NCBI GenBank assembly: GCA_964188305.1
Contig: OZ076897.1
Length of the DNA: 64,000 nucleotides
From: Podarcis bocagei
Lineage: Eukaryota
Strand: one strand, 5' to 3'
The notes under the pieces were generated by a model. The model was not told the origin of the DNA. It saw nothing but the letters and a program-made list of their open reading frames with translations, and did no database searches. Positions 25,064 through 37,232 of this stretch are shown in pieces. Both the position numbers and the translations under genes were made by a program. Numbering within the stretch: position 1 is the first letter of the stretch; every line of letters begins with the position of its first letter.

Positions 25064-27858
25064 TACTCAAAACTCTTCCGGTTAGCTCAAATGCTTGAGT
25101 TTGATTGTCTTGTGTACAATCTGAATCTCCAAAGGTTGCCTGGAAATAAATGCTTCTCCATAAGCAGACCATGTCCTTGCTCCAGTTCAAGGGCCTCTGT
25201 CTTGAGCAGAACAGCCCTCCAGGGTGAACTTGACCCCAGGGGCAACTGGAAGGTCTGTGCATGGTCAGGCAGTTCAAGTGAGAAGTAGTAATCACTTTCA
25301 CGTGGCATATGAGAAATGTTTTCACAAAGCTGACTAAAGCCAAAATTAGCCAATCCTCTTCAATAATGATGTCAGCCATTTCCGCTCCCTTCAAATGATT
25401 ATTAATAAAGTAGGGGATTATTGCAGGAATTTACCCTTCATGGGCAAGAGTGTCGTCAACAGCAGCTGAGCAAACTGGCTGAGTAGCGTTGCGTATAAGT
25501 TTGTGTGATTCCTCCCCCCCCCCCTTGATCGATGACTAACAAGACACTAAGGGCATTTGATGAAACAAAGGGCTCTTGGAAATGGGGAGGCTTTTTATTA
25601 TTATTTTGAATGTGTTTTTTTTAAAGTTTTACAGTCAAATGGTGTTTTGGTTGCCCCCAAGATGCTCCTGGTTCCCCCTCCCCTCTGCCATTCATTAAAA
25701 ATACAGCTCAAAAATTATCCTGAATCCTCTTCTGACCGATCATGGGGCTTTCCTCTTAATCCCTTCTCATTTGCTTATGTTTTTCCCCCCCTCTCCATTA
25801 CTAATTCCCGCTTGTCTTTACTAGAGGAACTGACTGTATCTTTGGAGCGTGGATTATTATAACAACACTTTTAAAAAGTGTGTATGTGGGGGAAGCTCGA
25901 CACAAGAGTGCAGAATGACTCCAAGCTAATCTCCAGAAGAATGCTGGTTTTAATTACATTTTATTCCCCCCACCCACCCCCCAAACTGATAGCGCCTTAT
26001 AGAAATCCTGCCTGCTATTTAACCTTTGCAAACTTGACCTCCCAAAAATGAGAGTTGGCCACCTGGAAATATTTACCAATTGAACTAAAATGCACTTATG
26101 GAAGCTCTGCCAACGCGAATTGGATTTTTTGCCCTGCTGAGAAACAGGACTTCCATTGTAGCCCTGAACTTAACCGTGAGGTGTCTGACAGGTCTTTGGA
26201 CTCATGCTATCAGGTTCAGGCAGCAGCTACAGTGATAAAGAAAAGACACCCAGAGGCTGCCTCCAACTGCAAACTTCTCCTCGCTTCCATCTTGCTGTGA
26301 GGCGGTCAATTAGGCATAATTCTTCCAGGCAGTTGTGAGAATGCGACAGTGTATTAGGAAGTGGTTCCCAAGCCAAGCACAATTTTACAGGAATTTCTCG
26401 TCAGTAGCATGAACAACCAAATAAGGCGCTTGCATGCTGAACCCTCAACGTACTGAGAGCTTAAATAAATGCAGCATACCTCAGTTAAAACTGGGACATA
26501 GTGTACAGGTCCCAGCACCAAAACAGGAGTTGCCCCAACCACTGGAAACTCTGACAGGAGTAGGTAGCCAACTATAATGACCAATCACGTTTGTTTGATT
26601 TAATGCATTTGTATAACATACTTTACAGATTGATCAATAAGGTTTGGAAAAGCTACTGCCATGGGCTTCTTGATGCTGGCCGGCCCTCGGGAATGTCATG
26701 TTAGCTCTAGGGGGCCACTGACTGTTATAGGTTTTATTTCTACCCATCTCCTCTCCAGTGTCCCAGGATTATTGGAGGTTTTGGTAAATGAACTTTAGTC
26801 TAAAAGCATGCAAGTAGCTACATTTATTTGAGAAGTGTCAGCAATATGCTTTCTCTTTTTTAATCCCTCATGCCTGTTTTAAGTAACTATATATGCACTA
26901 GTTGCTAATGGAATGACACAAATCTGCACAAAGAGTGAGCTTTGACTTGTATTTATCTGGCAAAACTACACATCAGTACAATTAGGCATTTGAGTTGAAG
27001 GTGGGGCATTGAGTGGGCACCATTTTCTTTGGAAAAACATACCAAGGAATAAAACAAAAGAGCTCAAGAAGAACACGGTGGGTAAAATGCCTGCCTCAAG
27101 TTCAAAAAAATCTATTGATTTCCCTCCAATAGCCATGCCTCCTGTCACCAGTACAAAGGCAATAAAAAGTCAGAGCAAATTTTTGTCTGTCCACTGATGT
27201 TAATGGTTACCTGACTGCAGTATTAATTCTGTACTGGTAAGGCTGCATGACACATATCCCCCACCCACTAATGGAATATTATTTGAGCCTTGCATCTGAC
27301 TGAAACAGACACTCATCCCATCCCATAATTCCATCTAGTTCTGATTCAAGTCTTAATGCGCTCTCACAAATGTGGCTAAAATGGCAGCATTCCTGAACAA
27401 GAGAACAGTATCAGCAGACTCAAGGTAACCATGAAGGGGGTAGGGGTACAAAATCTTTAGGGGAAAATGTGAAAGGAGAAATCCAGAAATAGTTTAATCA
27501 AAACTCAATGGCCATGAAATTCTGAGTTTTATGTTGGAGGGCAGGGAGGGGAGTAGCTGCAAAAGGATGCCAGAGAATGAGACATACAGATGTTAAAAGA
27601 GTTCAGCGAACCATCTAATTGTCTGGAGAGGTCCATTTTCTGGTTCACACTGAGAAGCCATTTTAAAATGTCCCCAGGGATGGAAGGGATTGCTACCCAC
27701 AGAAGTCAATGGAAAAGTACATTATTTTAATGTAGCTGAGAGTGGGCACCACACCCACACCCTCAAAAAAACTCAAATGGGAAGGAAACTCCCCAGTCAA
27801 CTGTTGTATCATGCTGAGTGGTAATGGAGAGAAAGAGAGTAAAAAAGGAAATTGGGGT

Positions 27859-27859
<1 letters not shown>

Positions 27860-27889
<30 letters not shown>
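27860..27889. repeat. (TG)n microsatellite
   Basis: Direct reading. Confidence 0.95.
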
Positions 27890-27892
<3 letters not shown>

Positions 27893-28980
27893 TGAGCAGA
27901 AAAGAGGTGTTCCACACTGCAACCTTTTGTTGCAAGACTCCATATAATTTTACTTAACCTTTCTTCATTTTCAAAATATACATTATATCCTGCTGCTCTG
28001 CTCCCTAGTGGGCTCTCTGGGCAACTGACGATAAAACCCCCCTAATGGAAACAAGGCTAAACAAATAAATGTGCACACAAAAAGGGGTAAAAGGAAGCAG
28101 CAAAAGTGACAGGCAGCTTTAAAACAAACAAATCAAGGAAAACACCTTTCAAAAAACCATGACAGAACACATCTGGCAAAGCATCTTCCACATCAAATTC
28201 CACTGAGTGGGCATCCCTATGGAATGAGCCCTGAAACTCTGTCTGTTTGCCAGCCTAACTTCACTCAGACATTCATCTGACGACAAAAGCACACTGGACA
28301 ACAAGAAAGGCAGTCTTTAAAGCAAAGTTCCTGCACCTGATAGCTGCCAGGTACATTGGACTACGACACCTATCAGAACCTGCTTGCATGTCCAATGGTC
28401 AGGGGTGGTGAGAATAGATGAGAATTGTAGTTCAAAACACCCAGAAAGCACCAGGTCAGAGAGGCCTTCTTTACAACTATCCTGTAAGGTAGGCCAGAAT
28501 TGCGCCATCCATTTTGCAAAATTTGGGTATGGGGGAGAGTTAGTGGTATTTTGTATGACCATCTTGTGCATTGATGGCTGAGGAGAGAGAACTGAACTTG
28601 GAGCCCTTCCTGCTTTTTCCCTTGAGCTCCAGCTGCTACCCTGAACACTGGACTATAATGCCCCCTCTTCACAGAAGAGAACTACCACGCTCTCTCGTGT
28701 ATCCAGACTTCAGAAGTCGGAAACTGCCCTGCAGGATGAACCACTTTCCCAACGCTATGAGAAAACAGTCTCAAATACAAGGGAGAAAATGTTTTCTTAA
28801 CTTTTCATCATAACCAGAGCTTAATCTGCAGTTTTATTCTTTTTCTCTTTTTAAAAAAGAAACCTTAATGGTTGAGGAAATGTTTCCAATTGTCTGTGAT
28901 CAAAGCTAACCAATAATAACAACAACAATATTAATACTCAGTACTTAACAAAGCTCTTTAATCTTCAAAGCATTAACCAA

Positions 28981-29245
28981 GAGTGACTGGCTGGCTGAGA
29001 AGATTAGTAATGAGGTACTGCGCTATGAACCTTTGCCACATCTAGATCAGCAGTTCAAATCCAACTAGGGTCAAGAGTGACTAAAATGATGCATCCATGA
29101 GAATTTATTAGTGACCGTTTTGCGAACTGAGTCACTGTTCAGCTAGCAGTGAGCAGGTATCCAAAGCATGAACCCATAATTGGCAGTTCCGTTGGTTGTC
29201 TCAGAAAAATGAATCAGTGGAGTGTGAGAAAAGGTTAACCTCTTC
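28981..29245 (+). mobile_element. LF-SINE-like ancient SINE relic
   Basis: Colinear blocks GACTGGnTGGCT, ATTAGTAATG, CCTTT..CACATCTAGATCA, GTTCAAATCCA (B box), GGTCA..AGTGAC, TAATTGGCA, GTTGG..GTCTCAG follow the LF-SINE consensus as recalled. Confidence 0.75.
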
Positions 29246-30959
29246 ATTACACAAAAAAATGGGGACAGACAGCTAATCTAATGTCCATTTAACTTTGACT
29301 TATTTGTGGATTGGTGGGTAACATTCGTACTCAAAATGATTGACTTTGTCACCAACCATACATGGGATATTCTGATAAGATTGCGGGGGGAGAAGCCCCA
29401 AGCAAAATTAATCCAGGAAAATCTGCTCTGTGAAGAACCTCTGAGCACAGCTTTGTTGATTTTATTCCATGGAAGAGATACTTGTAGTTCCTAGATTCTT
29501 GGTCCCTGTCCCTGCATGGGCAGTTTCAAAGGAGCAATTAAAAGATAATATGTGTAGGGACACACTGATGAGCCCTGTTTGCACACAAAAACTTTATTCT
29601 AAGCTACCTTATATCACCCCTCTTAGCAGGCCACCATAGGAGTCATCACGAGGGCATGACACCAATAAGCAGACAATGAATAAAGAATAGCTATTTGTTG
29701 TTGATTGCAAATGCTCATTTGGAAACAACTAACTAAATGTTTAAAGTGCAAATAGGTCTGCCTGTTCCAAAGCTGTGCCCTGGTGCCAAAGGTCTGTGGT
29801 ATTCACTTCCAACAACCTCACAGGTTTTAGATCAGGTTCTTCACCTAGAGCATGGTAGCATTTTCACCAGCAGTGATAAGCCGGAGTGAAATGACACCCA
29901 CAATATACAGAGTTCCTTCAGAAAATCACAGCAGAAATGGACACAAGCCAAATCCCATAGCCAAACGCCTTTGGACTTTGGGAAAGTTCATATGTAGATC
30001 TGGATATGAACTTTGCAGCTGTCCCCTATATCTGTAATGGGCAGTGCAGAACACCTGGGTCGAAACATTCCTGAACTCTACAGGAATTTGGTTCCACATT
30101 CAGATCTGCAGCTCACAAGTCCTCTCTCGTTCCTGTTAATGAGGCTGCAGGGACACACAGCAGAGAAATACATTTTAACTAACATTTTCAGATCCTTTCC
30201 TCTCTCCTAGAAATCCTCTTAGCATTCCTTGCTTCGCTAAGCAAATTCCGTTGTGTGCATTCAGTAATATTGGCCTGTTTGGGTCAAAATGAGAATTCCA
30301 GGGCCAGTTGCTAATCCAGTATTCTGCAAATCTACTGACTTCGATGAAGCTGCCCTGTGGTCCACCCTCTTGAAGTGGTGATTGGAAACTGTAACAGTTA
30401 AATGGTTTCTATTTTACTTCTGGTAATGATTTTTTTAGTTTGGTGGTATATGTAATATTTTTTTAATCTAGAATTAATTCCTGCTTGTGGAATTAATGCA
30501 TCAAGTCCTTTCCAGATGCTCTTATCATTTGCCTCAGGCCAGCCCTGGCATGGGAAGAGTTTAGAGTCTTTGAACATGGAGGATGTCCTGATTTTAATTG
30601 ACCTAGGAAGTTAACACAGAACTTGATAATCCCTCTGAGAAAGACCCGTTGCTCATCATTTGGGAGGATGGCTCAAGTTTAGGTGGTGGCTAGCTTCCGT
30701 TTTCATTGAGGACATTTGTTCATCACATGCTCCCTGATGTTTCTCCAGAGGGCTAAGAACATTTTACGGTTTCATATTATTCCCAAAAAACCTACTTTGC
30801 CAGGCTAATTAGGTTTGGGGTCTTGATGATGTTGTCAGCTTTTCGTCTGGCATCTCTTAACGGCTGTATTTAAAATTCAGCAGCAGAAAGATGCAAAAGG
30901 CTTTGTCTTCTGGTGTTTAATCTCTCATGAAAGAGTCAGCCACACAGGGAGCGGAGTGA

Positions 30960-31135
30960 TGCTGAGACAGACCACTAGCTCATCTAGCTCAGGATTGTTG
31001 ACACTGACTGTGAGAAGCTCTCCAGGGTTTTAGGGAGGAGTCTTTCCTTCTTCTAGCAGGAGATGCCAGAGATTGAACCGCAGACCTTTTGAATTCAAAA
31101 GCACATGCTCTTCCCACTGAGCTATGGCTACTGCC
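30960..31135 (-). mobile_element. tRNA-derived SINE with CR1-like tail (Squam3-like)
   Basis: Minus strand has A box TAGCTCAGTGG, B box GGTTCAATC and tail GAGCTAGATGAGCTAGTGGTCTG. Confidence 0.75.
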
Positions 31136-31344
31136 TCTGCCCCTCCAATCCTGGCCATTTGAGCCCCTTTCCTTCATTATATTGCACGTAGGCCCACTAC
31201 AATTTCAGATGTGAATTTGCAAATTTATCAGGTCAGTGGACAAGCGGCAGTTTAATGTCAGAGGTTTTACTTTGGGAAGAAGCATGAACTTTTTTCTCGT
31301 ATAAATTGCAGAATAGGCTGGTCCACTAAGGTGACTGTGGAAGA

Positions 31345-31583
31345 AAGGTTATTGGGATGCTCTCCCCAGGGAGCCTCACCTGGTGCCTTTACTACATCTC
31401 TTTAGGCACCAGGCAAAAACTTTTCTCTTCTCCCAGGCCTAATTAGCCAATCTATGGCCTTTTAGACTGTGGGTGAGGTGTTCTTGTTTTGTTTGTTATT
31501 ATGTTATAGATTTTGGGTTTTTATACTGTAAAGTGCCCTGGGATTCTTGGGTAAAAGGTGATATCTAAATTTAATAAATAAAT
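31345..31583 (+). mobile_element. L2 LINE 3' end
   Basis: GATGCTCTCCCCAGGGAG...TTTAGGCACCAGGCAAAAACTTTTCTCTT, ending TGTAAAGTGCCCTGGG...AATAAATAAAT. Confidence 0.7.
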
Positions 31584-34039
31584 GAACTGCCTTACCAACT
31601 ACAGTCTGCTCTCACTTGCTTTGCCTTCTTGTTTACAACTAGTCCAGAGGGTGGCAGTGCTTGTCTGCTTCCTTCTCTTCAGTCTCAGTTGCGTTCTTGC
31701 AGAAGCCAGCAGGAAGAAGATGGGGGCAAATATATAGTTGGCTGTCTGGCTTTGGCTGTGGCTCCACCTACAGCTGCTTCCCACCCTACCAGTCCCAATG
31801 GGCACCAGCCATTGCTAACAAATTGAAATCCACCTGAGTTCTCAGTTGGAGGGGGGGAGCAAGTAAAGACTGCAAAAAAATATATCATTATACGTGTAGG
31901 TCTTGCAATCTGTCCACTCGCTATGTGAAAATTCACTTATTTGCATGTAAAGAATTATGCACTATAAACACCAGATTCCAAACATCGGGAGTTTGCCCAC
32001 TTCATTGCTTCCATACTTGTTCCTGCTTTGCTGGTCAGTGGCAGCCATTTTGGGGCAGAAACCACGCAGGGATGGAGAAAGGCAGGCAAGCAAGAGAAAT
32101 CAGTTGAATCAGGGAGCAGGGGGGATTGGACAAATCTCTCTTTTGCTGTTTGGCTGCAGCCATGTCAGGAAGAAACCATTGAAAAAAGGGGGAAGAAAAA
32201 TTGGGTAAATCGCAGATTAGAAATATTTCCATAGGGAATAACGAAAACTGTGGAACCAGCTAATGAATGATTTCCACAGAACGCATTGTGTTCAGTAATC
32301 AGGACCTGTGTGTATATGCCCCCCCTCTCCCCCCCACCTGGAATATCCTCATTAGTATTGATAATTCATACAGCACCATCAATGTACATCGTACTTTATA
32401 AAGTACTTGGGAAGTGTGTGCTGTTTTCATGTAAGAGCATGCTCATTTCACGAAGGGCTCCAGACTTGCATACAGAAGACCGTTTGTGTGGATTTTCTCC
32501 CTTGATGATGAAGTGAAGAGCAAGTTGGCAGCTGAGAAGCCCCAGTATTTGCCCCAGAGCACCTACACTCCCTCACCAATATCTGGCGATCAGGGCAAAT
32601 GTTATAAAGGACTTTATTTCTGGGAGGGGGTTAATGATTCAAGTGCAAATCCAGAGAGAAGCATCTATCTGGGCCAATCAAGAACACATTGTCTTGAAAG
32701 GCAGGATAGAAATCTATTAAGACTTCAACCCTATGGCAGTGAAACACAAAGAAGTCCCATTAGACACAGAGTGGCTTACTTCTGAGTAAATCTGCATTAA
32801 AGCGTGCTGCTAATAAACACATGCAAATAGCAATCTTAAAGCAGGGGTTCCCAACATAGTGCTCTCCAGATGTTGGTGGACAACAATTCCTGTCATCGCT
32901 GGCCTTTGACTGCATTAGCTGGGCTGATTGGCATGGGAGTCCAATGACAAAAGGAGGGAACTCTGTTACCTGCAGGGCCCATGAGGTGAGGCGAGGCAGG
33001 TGCCTCGGGTGGCAGATCCAGCCATCTCCACAGCTGCCTGCTCCATGCACCTTTTGCTGCTTCCTCCTCCTCCTGCGTGACCACCTCTTCTGTATCTACC
33101 AGCGGCAAGCAGGCATGGAGGAGGATGCAGGGTGTGTATGTGTGTGTGTATTTATGTTTTAAAGCAGGAACCTAACTGTACAGATGAAAGCTAAAAGGAC
33201 TTTTCAATTGCTCATAATACACTTTCCTCTAAAGTTGAAACTATCATGAACTGTAGGATGACCGTCTCCCAGGAAGTAAGCAAATTTCACTGATTCAATG
33301 TGACCATTAGTCATGGTCTCTGGCATTTTTGAAACAAATGTTAATTTGATCATTTTCTATTCTCTGATGGGTTTTTGAGGGGAAAGAACAGGCAGAGTAC
33401 TGTGATTTGCTTTCCTTTTATAGGAATAAAACAGTTGATGTGAACACCTTAAGTTCTTTGCATTCAGCCCATGATTCATATACAACTCCATCAGCTTTAT
33501 GAACTAAAAAATATAAAATAAAGAAATCCCCTTGTAAATAACAACATTTGTTTACAGAAAATAAAGATGGAGGTTATCATTATTTATATAGTAACAGAAG
33601 GAAAAACATAAGCCCACGCTTCAAGGAACTTGTATTCTAAATTGTGGTCCATTCAATTCCTTTTGTTGTAAGAAGTTAAATATGAAGAAAAGTGGCATAT
33701 AAATGTTGCTAAATAAATTAAATAATGTGCTATGAGTAAATGGATAGCGAACTTGGTTTCTAGGTTTCGGGTCCATGAACCAAAAGGAGCATTTAGGAAA
33801 TCTAGTTTTTACCCCCCAACCCCTGAAATGAGGTCTTATCCCCAGATGAACTTTTTATTTTATTTTTTGCTAATTATGGCTGAGGGGGGGAGGTCATTGG
33901 AAGTCACCATGTAAGCAGCACACATGCCACAGGATCGGAAAGACAAGCTCTAATTGGTCAATTTACATAAAAGTGAAAACACAGAACTTCTGACATTAAG
34001 TTCCTGGCTCAACTTTTTCGCAGCAATTACAGTCATAAA

Positions 34040-34380
34040 ATAAGGTACAATGGTGCAACATTCCTGCTGATTCGCACCGTGAGTCCTGCCAATGTATTTT
34101 CTAGTGACCGCTCTTCAAAGCAGAAACGGAGAGAGAGAGAGACGAGGCGCGCACACACGCATTGGCCCTTGTCCCTTCTGATTGAGGGCTCCCAAACCCA
34201 GCCAATCATGACACCCCTTGCTGAGTGATTAGCGCAGCGGCAGTGGATCACTTTGCTGTTGACACGAAGGGCTAAGCAGACTTTTCCAGAAAGGGAGGCC
34301 ATTTGCCGCCCTGGGCTTTTGGGGGAGAAACGGAGCAATAGAAATTCCAGAATAAATGCATTTGTTTTCATTTCTAGTAA
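34040..34380. promoter_or_regulatory. CpG-enriched, multi-CCAAT promoter/enhancer-like element
   Basis: CCAAT 34089, ATTGG 34161, AGCCAATCA 34200-34208; CpGs locally retained in a CpG-poor window; no repeat hallmarks. Confidence 0.5.
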
Positions 34381-34447
34381 AGAATGGAGATGTGCTGGGT
34401 GGGTGTGGGTGTCCCATTGAGATACATGGTTGTTTGGGGTTTTGGAG

Positions 34448-34449
<2 letters not shown>

Positions 34450-34484
<35 letters not shown>
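34450..34484. repeat. (TG)n microsatellite
   Basis: Direct reading. Confidence 0.95.
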
Positions 34485-34485
<1 letters not shown>

Positions 34486-35931
34486 TGTCAGTGCTTAGAC
34501 AATGGTGTTTTGATTGAAAATCTCTTAAATGAGCAGCAATCCCCTGGATTCCCAGTCTGCCAAGCCAATATCCATCATCGATCAGGCGAAGGAGCAACCA
34601 CCTTTTCTGTTGGGAAGAAGTAAAAATTGGCAGCTGTTAGCCTTGCTTGGCAGAGATTAATGGCAGCTGGAGTAGAAGCGTTCTTGTTTAAATGGGTCCT
34701 TCCGGTTCCCTGCCACCAGGTGCTGCTGTAGGTACAGGAGAAGAAGACAATAAGATCCATGAGGGAAAGATGATGAGGGAATGAGGGGGGGTGGAGTGGG
34801 GAGCAGAGATGTGAATGTGGAAAGAAAATAGTAGTCATCAGGTTTAGCACTCATTAGGCATTTGGAAAACCTGCATTCCTGCTCCCCGAGGGAATAAAGA
34901 GCATACTCTGAAATAAGTAGCAATCCTCTTTCCTATTTACTTCCCTCTATATCTGGTCCTTGAGATTGCCTTGCAAACACTGATAAGGCTTACAGTATTG
35001 AAAGCTGCCACAAGGCCAGCTGGCCTCGCCCGCTGGTACAAGGCCTATGCCAGACCTTGCTATCCAGACCTCAGGAGCAAGGGCACAACACGAATGATCA
35101 GGGCCTTCTCAACAATGACACCTTGATGCTGACAACCCTCTCAGGTGCCAGCGGCACCAACGTCTATGAAGGTGTGATGACCCCAGGTAAAGATGAGGCT
35201 GCCCACCCAAGCTTTTGAGTAAAGTGATGCCTCCTGTGTGGCTGATGCGGTTGATATTTTTGTCTGTTTTTACATTAAGTTATACTTAATATACTTGCTA
35301 TAGCTCGCCATATCATCTGCCAGCAACAGCATGCTTGCATAGCAAATTGCTCTAGATCAGTGTTTCCCAACCAGGGTCATGAGCTGAAAATTGGTTGTCA
35401 TAGGTTTAGAAGTAAACCCAAAATAATTATTTCTTTTAATCCTTAACTGGTATTACAGCTTTTTGTCTTACTGGCATATTACAATGCTTGTTAGGAGAAC
35501 CCAGAATTCCTTGGGGAGAGGAATTGGTAAACCCCTTTGGGAATGGTAGCTCTGTGAAGGGAATTGGGTCCTCTTAATAACTCTCAGCACCCTTAACCAA
35601 CTACACACTTGTTTTGAGTTTAATTTTTTACAGCTTATGAAGCAGTATCCTGCAAGTAGATGGTTTGTTTTCTTACATTCCCACAAGCAAAACTGTGAAT
35701 AACTTTGTAAGTACTATAAATATGAAATGATTATGTTTCCAAATAAGCCTTCAGTTTATTGAAAACCTATGGGGGCTCCTCAATGAAAAGATCACCAAGA
35801 ACAGACAAGCTTCCTAGACACACCCTTGCCTGTCACAACTGGTCTTCCTGTGAGCAGCACAGGCATGGGGGTATACTAGGTGTGCTTTAGGACACCATTG
35901 GGAAACCTGCAGAGGAGCAGTATTTTATGCA

Positions 35932-36191
35932 CAGTCATACCTCATGTTACGTTTGCTTCATGATGTGTTTTTTCAGGTTGCATCCTGTGGCGACCCGGAG
36001 GTACCGGAAAGGATTACTTCCGGGTTTCGCTGCTCACGCATGCGCAGAAGCGCTAAATCATGCTTTGCACATGTGCACCAGTGCCAAATTGCACCACGCA
36101 CCTGCACAGATACAGCGCTTCAGGTTGCGGGCTTTTCATGTTGTGAACGGGCCTCTAGAACGGATCCCATTCGCAACCAGAGGTACCACTG
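35932..36191. mobile_element. Tigger-like MITE (different subfamily)
   Basis: Imperfect TIRs CAGTCATACCTC / GAGGTACCACTG followed by TA; CpG-rich interior. Confidence 0.8.
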
Positions 36192-36243
36192 TAATAAAAA
36201 TATGCTGGTTTTTCACCCAAGGAATAATAATAATAATTTTACT

Positions 36244-36625
36244 AAGGTAAAAGGTAAAGGAACCCTGGACAGTTAAGTCCAGTCAAAGGTGACTCCGGGG
36301 TTGTGGCGCTCATCTCGCTTTCAGACCGAGGCAGCCATCGTTTGTCCACAGACAGCTTTCTGGGTCATGTGGCCAGCATGACTAAACCACTTTTGATGCA
36401 ACAGGACACCGTGAAGGAACCAGAGTGCACAGAAACATCGTTTACCTTCCCACCTCAGTGGTACCTATTTATCTACTTGCACTGGCATGCTTTCGAACTG
36501 CTAGGTTGGCAGGAGCTGGGACAGAGCAACGGGAGCTCACACTGTTGCGGGGATTCGAACCGCCAACCTTCTGATCAGCAAGCCCAAGAGGCTCAGTGGT
36601 TTAGACCACAGCGCCACCCGCGTAC
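36244..36625 (-). mobile_element. Sauria SINE (Squam1/POM type), near full length
   Basis: Minus-strand head ACGCGGGTGGCGCTGTGGTCTAAACC, B box GGTTCGAATCC, body GTCATGCTGGCCACATGACC, (ACCTTT)n tail. Confidence 0.93.
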
Positions 36626-36783
36626 CCCACCCATCTGGCTGGGTTTCCCCACCCACTCTGGGCAGCTCCCAACAGAACACTAAAAACAGAATAAAACTTC
36701 AAATATTAAAAGCTTCCCTAAACAGGGCTGCCTTCAGATGTCTTCTAAAAGTCAGATAGTTGTTTATTTCCTTGACATCTGAT
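36626..36783 (-). mobile_element. L2 LINE 3' end interrupted by the Sauria SINE (its (TAA)n tail is at ~36223-36243)
   Basis: CCCACCCATCTGGCTGGGTTTCCC..CCACTCTGGGCAGCTCCCAAC...CAGGGCTGCCTTCAGATGTCTTCTAAA; same family as 49399-49502 and 62091-62170. Confidence 0.75.
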
Positions 36784-37098
36784 TTTGTCTCTTGCTCTGC
36801 CCATCCCTGACTCTGGACTCTGCCCTCCCGCATTATGCTGATTACTCATGAGGGAATGTGGCCTCTAACCAGATGTGATGCACGTTGTTTCACTGCCTGA
36901 AGCAAAATGGGAATGTGCTGTGCTACCATCACCTCCCTTATCTGGGTTGTGTGGCAGCACCTGCAAAGCAGTGGTGGGTTACAATGAGATCTTGTGAGAT
37001 CTCACTTAAATCTCATGAGACCTCATGTGCTCCAGGTGGGAGTGTTTGCAGAGGTGCTGCCTCTTGGGATTTTGCCACCCAAGGTGTGAGTCCTACAT

Positions 37099-37232
37099 TA
37101 AGGTTACCAGATTTTTTTCCAATGAATCTGGGGACACTTTTCAACTTCCTACTAAATAGATGGATTTTGTCAGGGAACTGATTTGTAAATCCGGGGACTG
37201 TCCCCAGGAAATGGGGATGTCTGGTAACCTTA
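37099..37232. mobile_element. hAT MITE (134 bp) with an 8-bp TSD
   Basis: Perfect 13-bp TIR TAAGGTTACCAGA / TCTGGTAACCTTA; flanks TCCTACAT and TCCTACGT. Confidence 0.92.

Noticed and set aside
36540-36625. tRNA gene (also the A/B boxes at ~31070-31130 and ~29050)
   Set aside because: These are SINE heads attached to SINE bodies, with no full cloverleaf.
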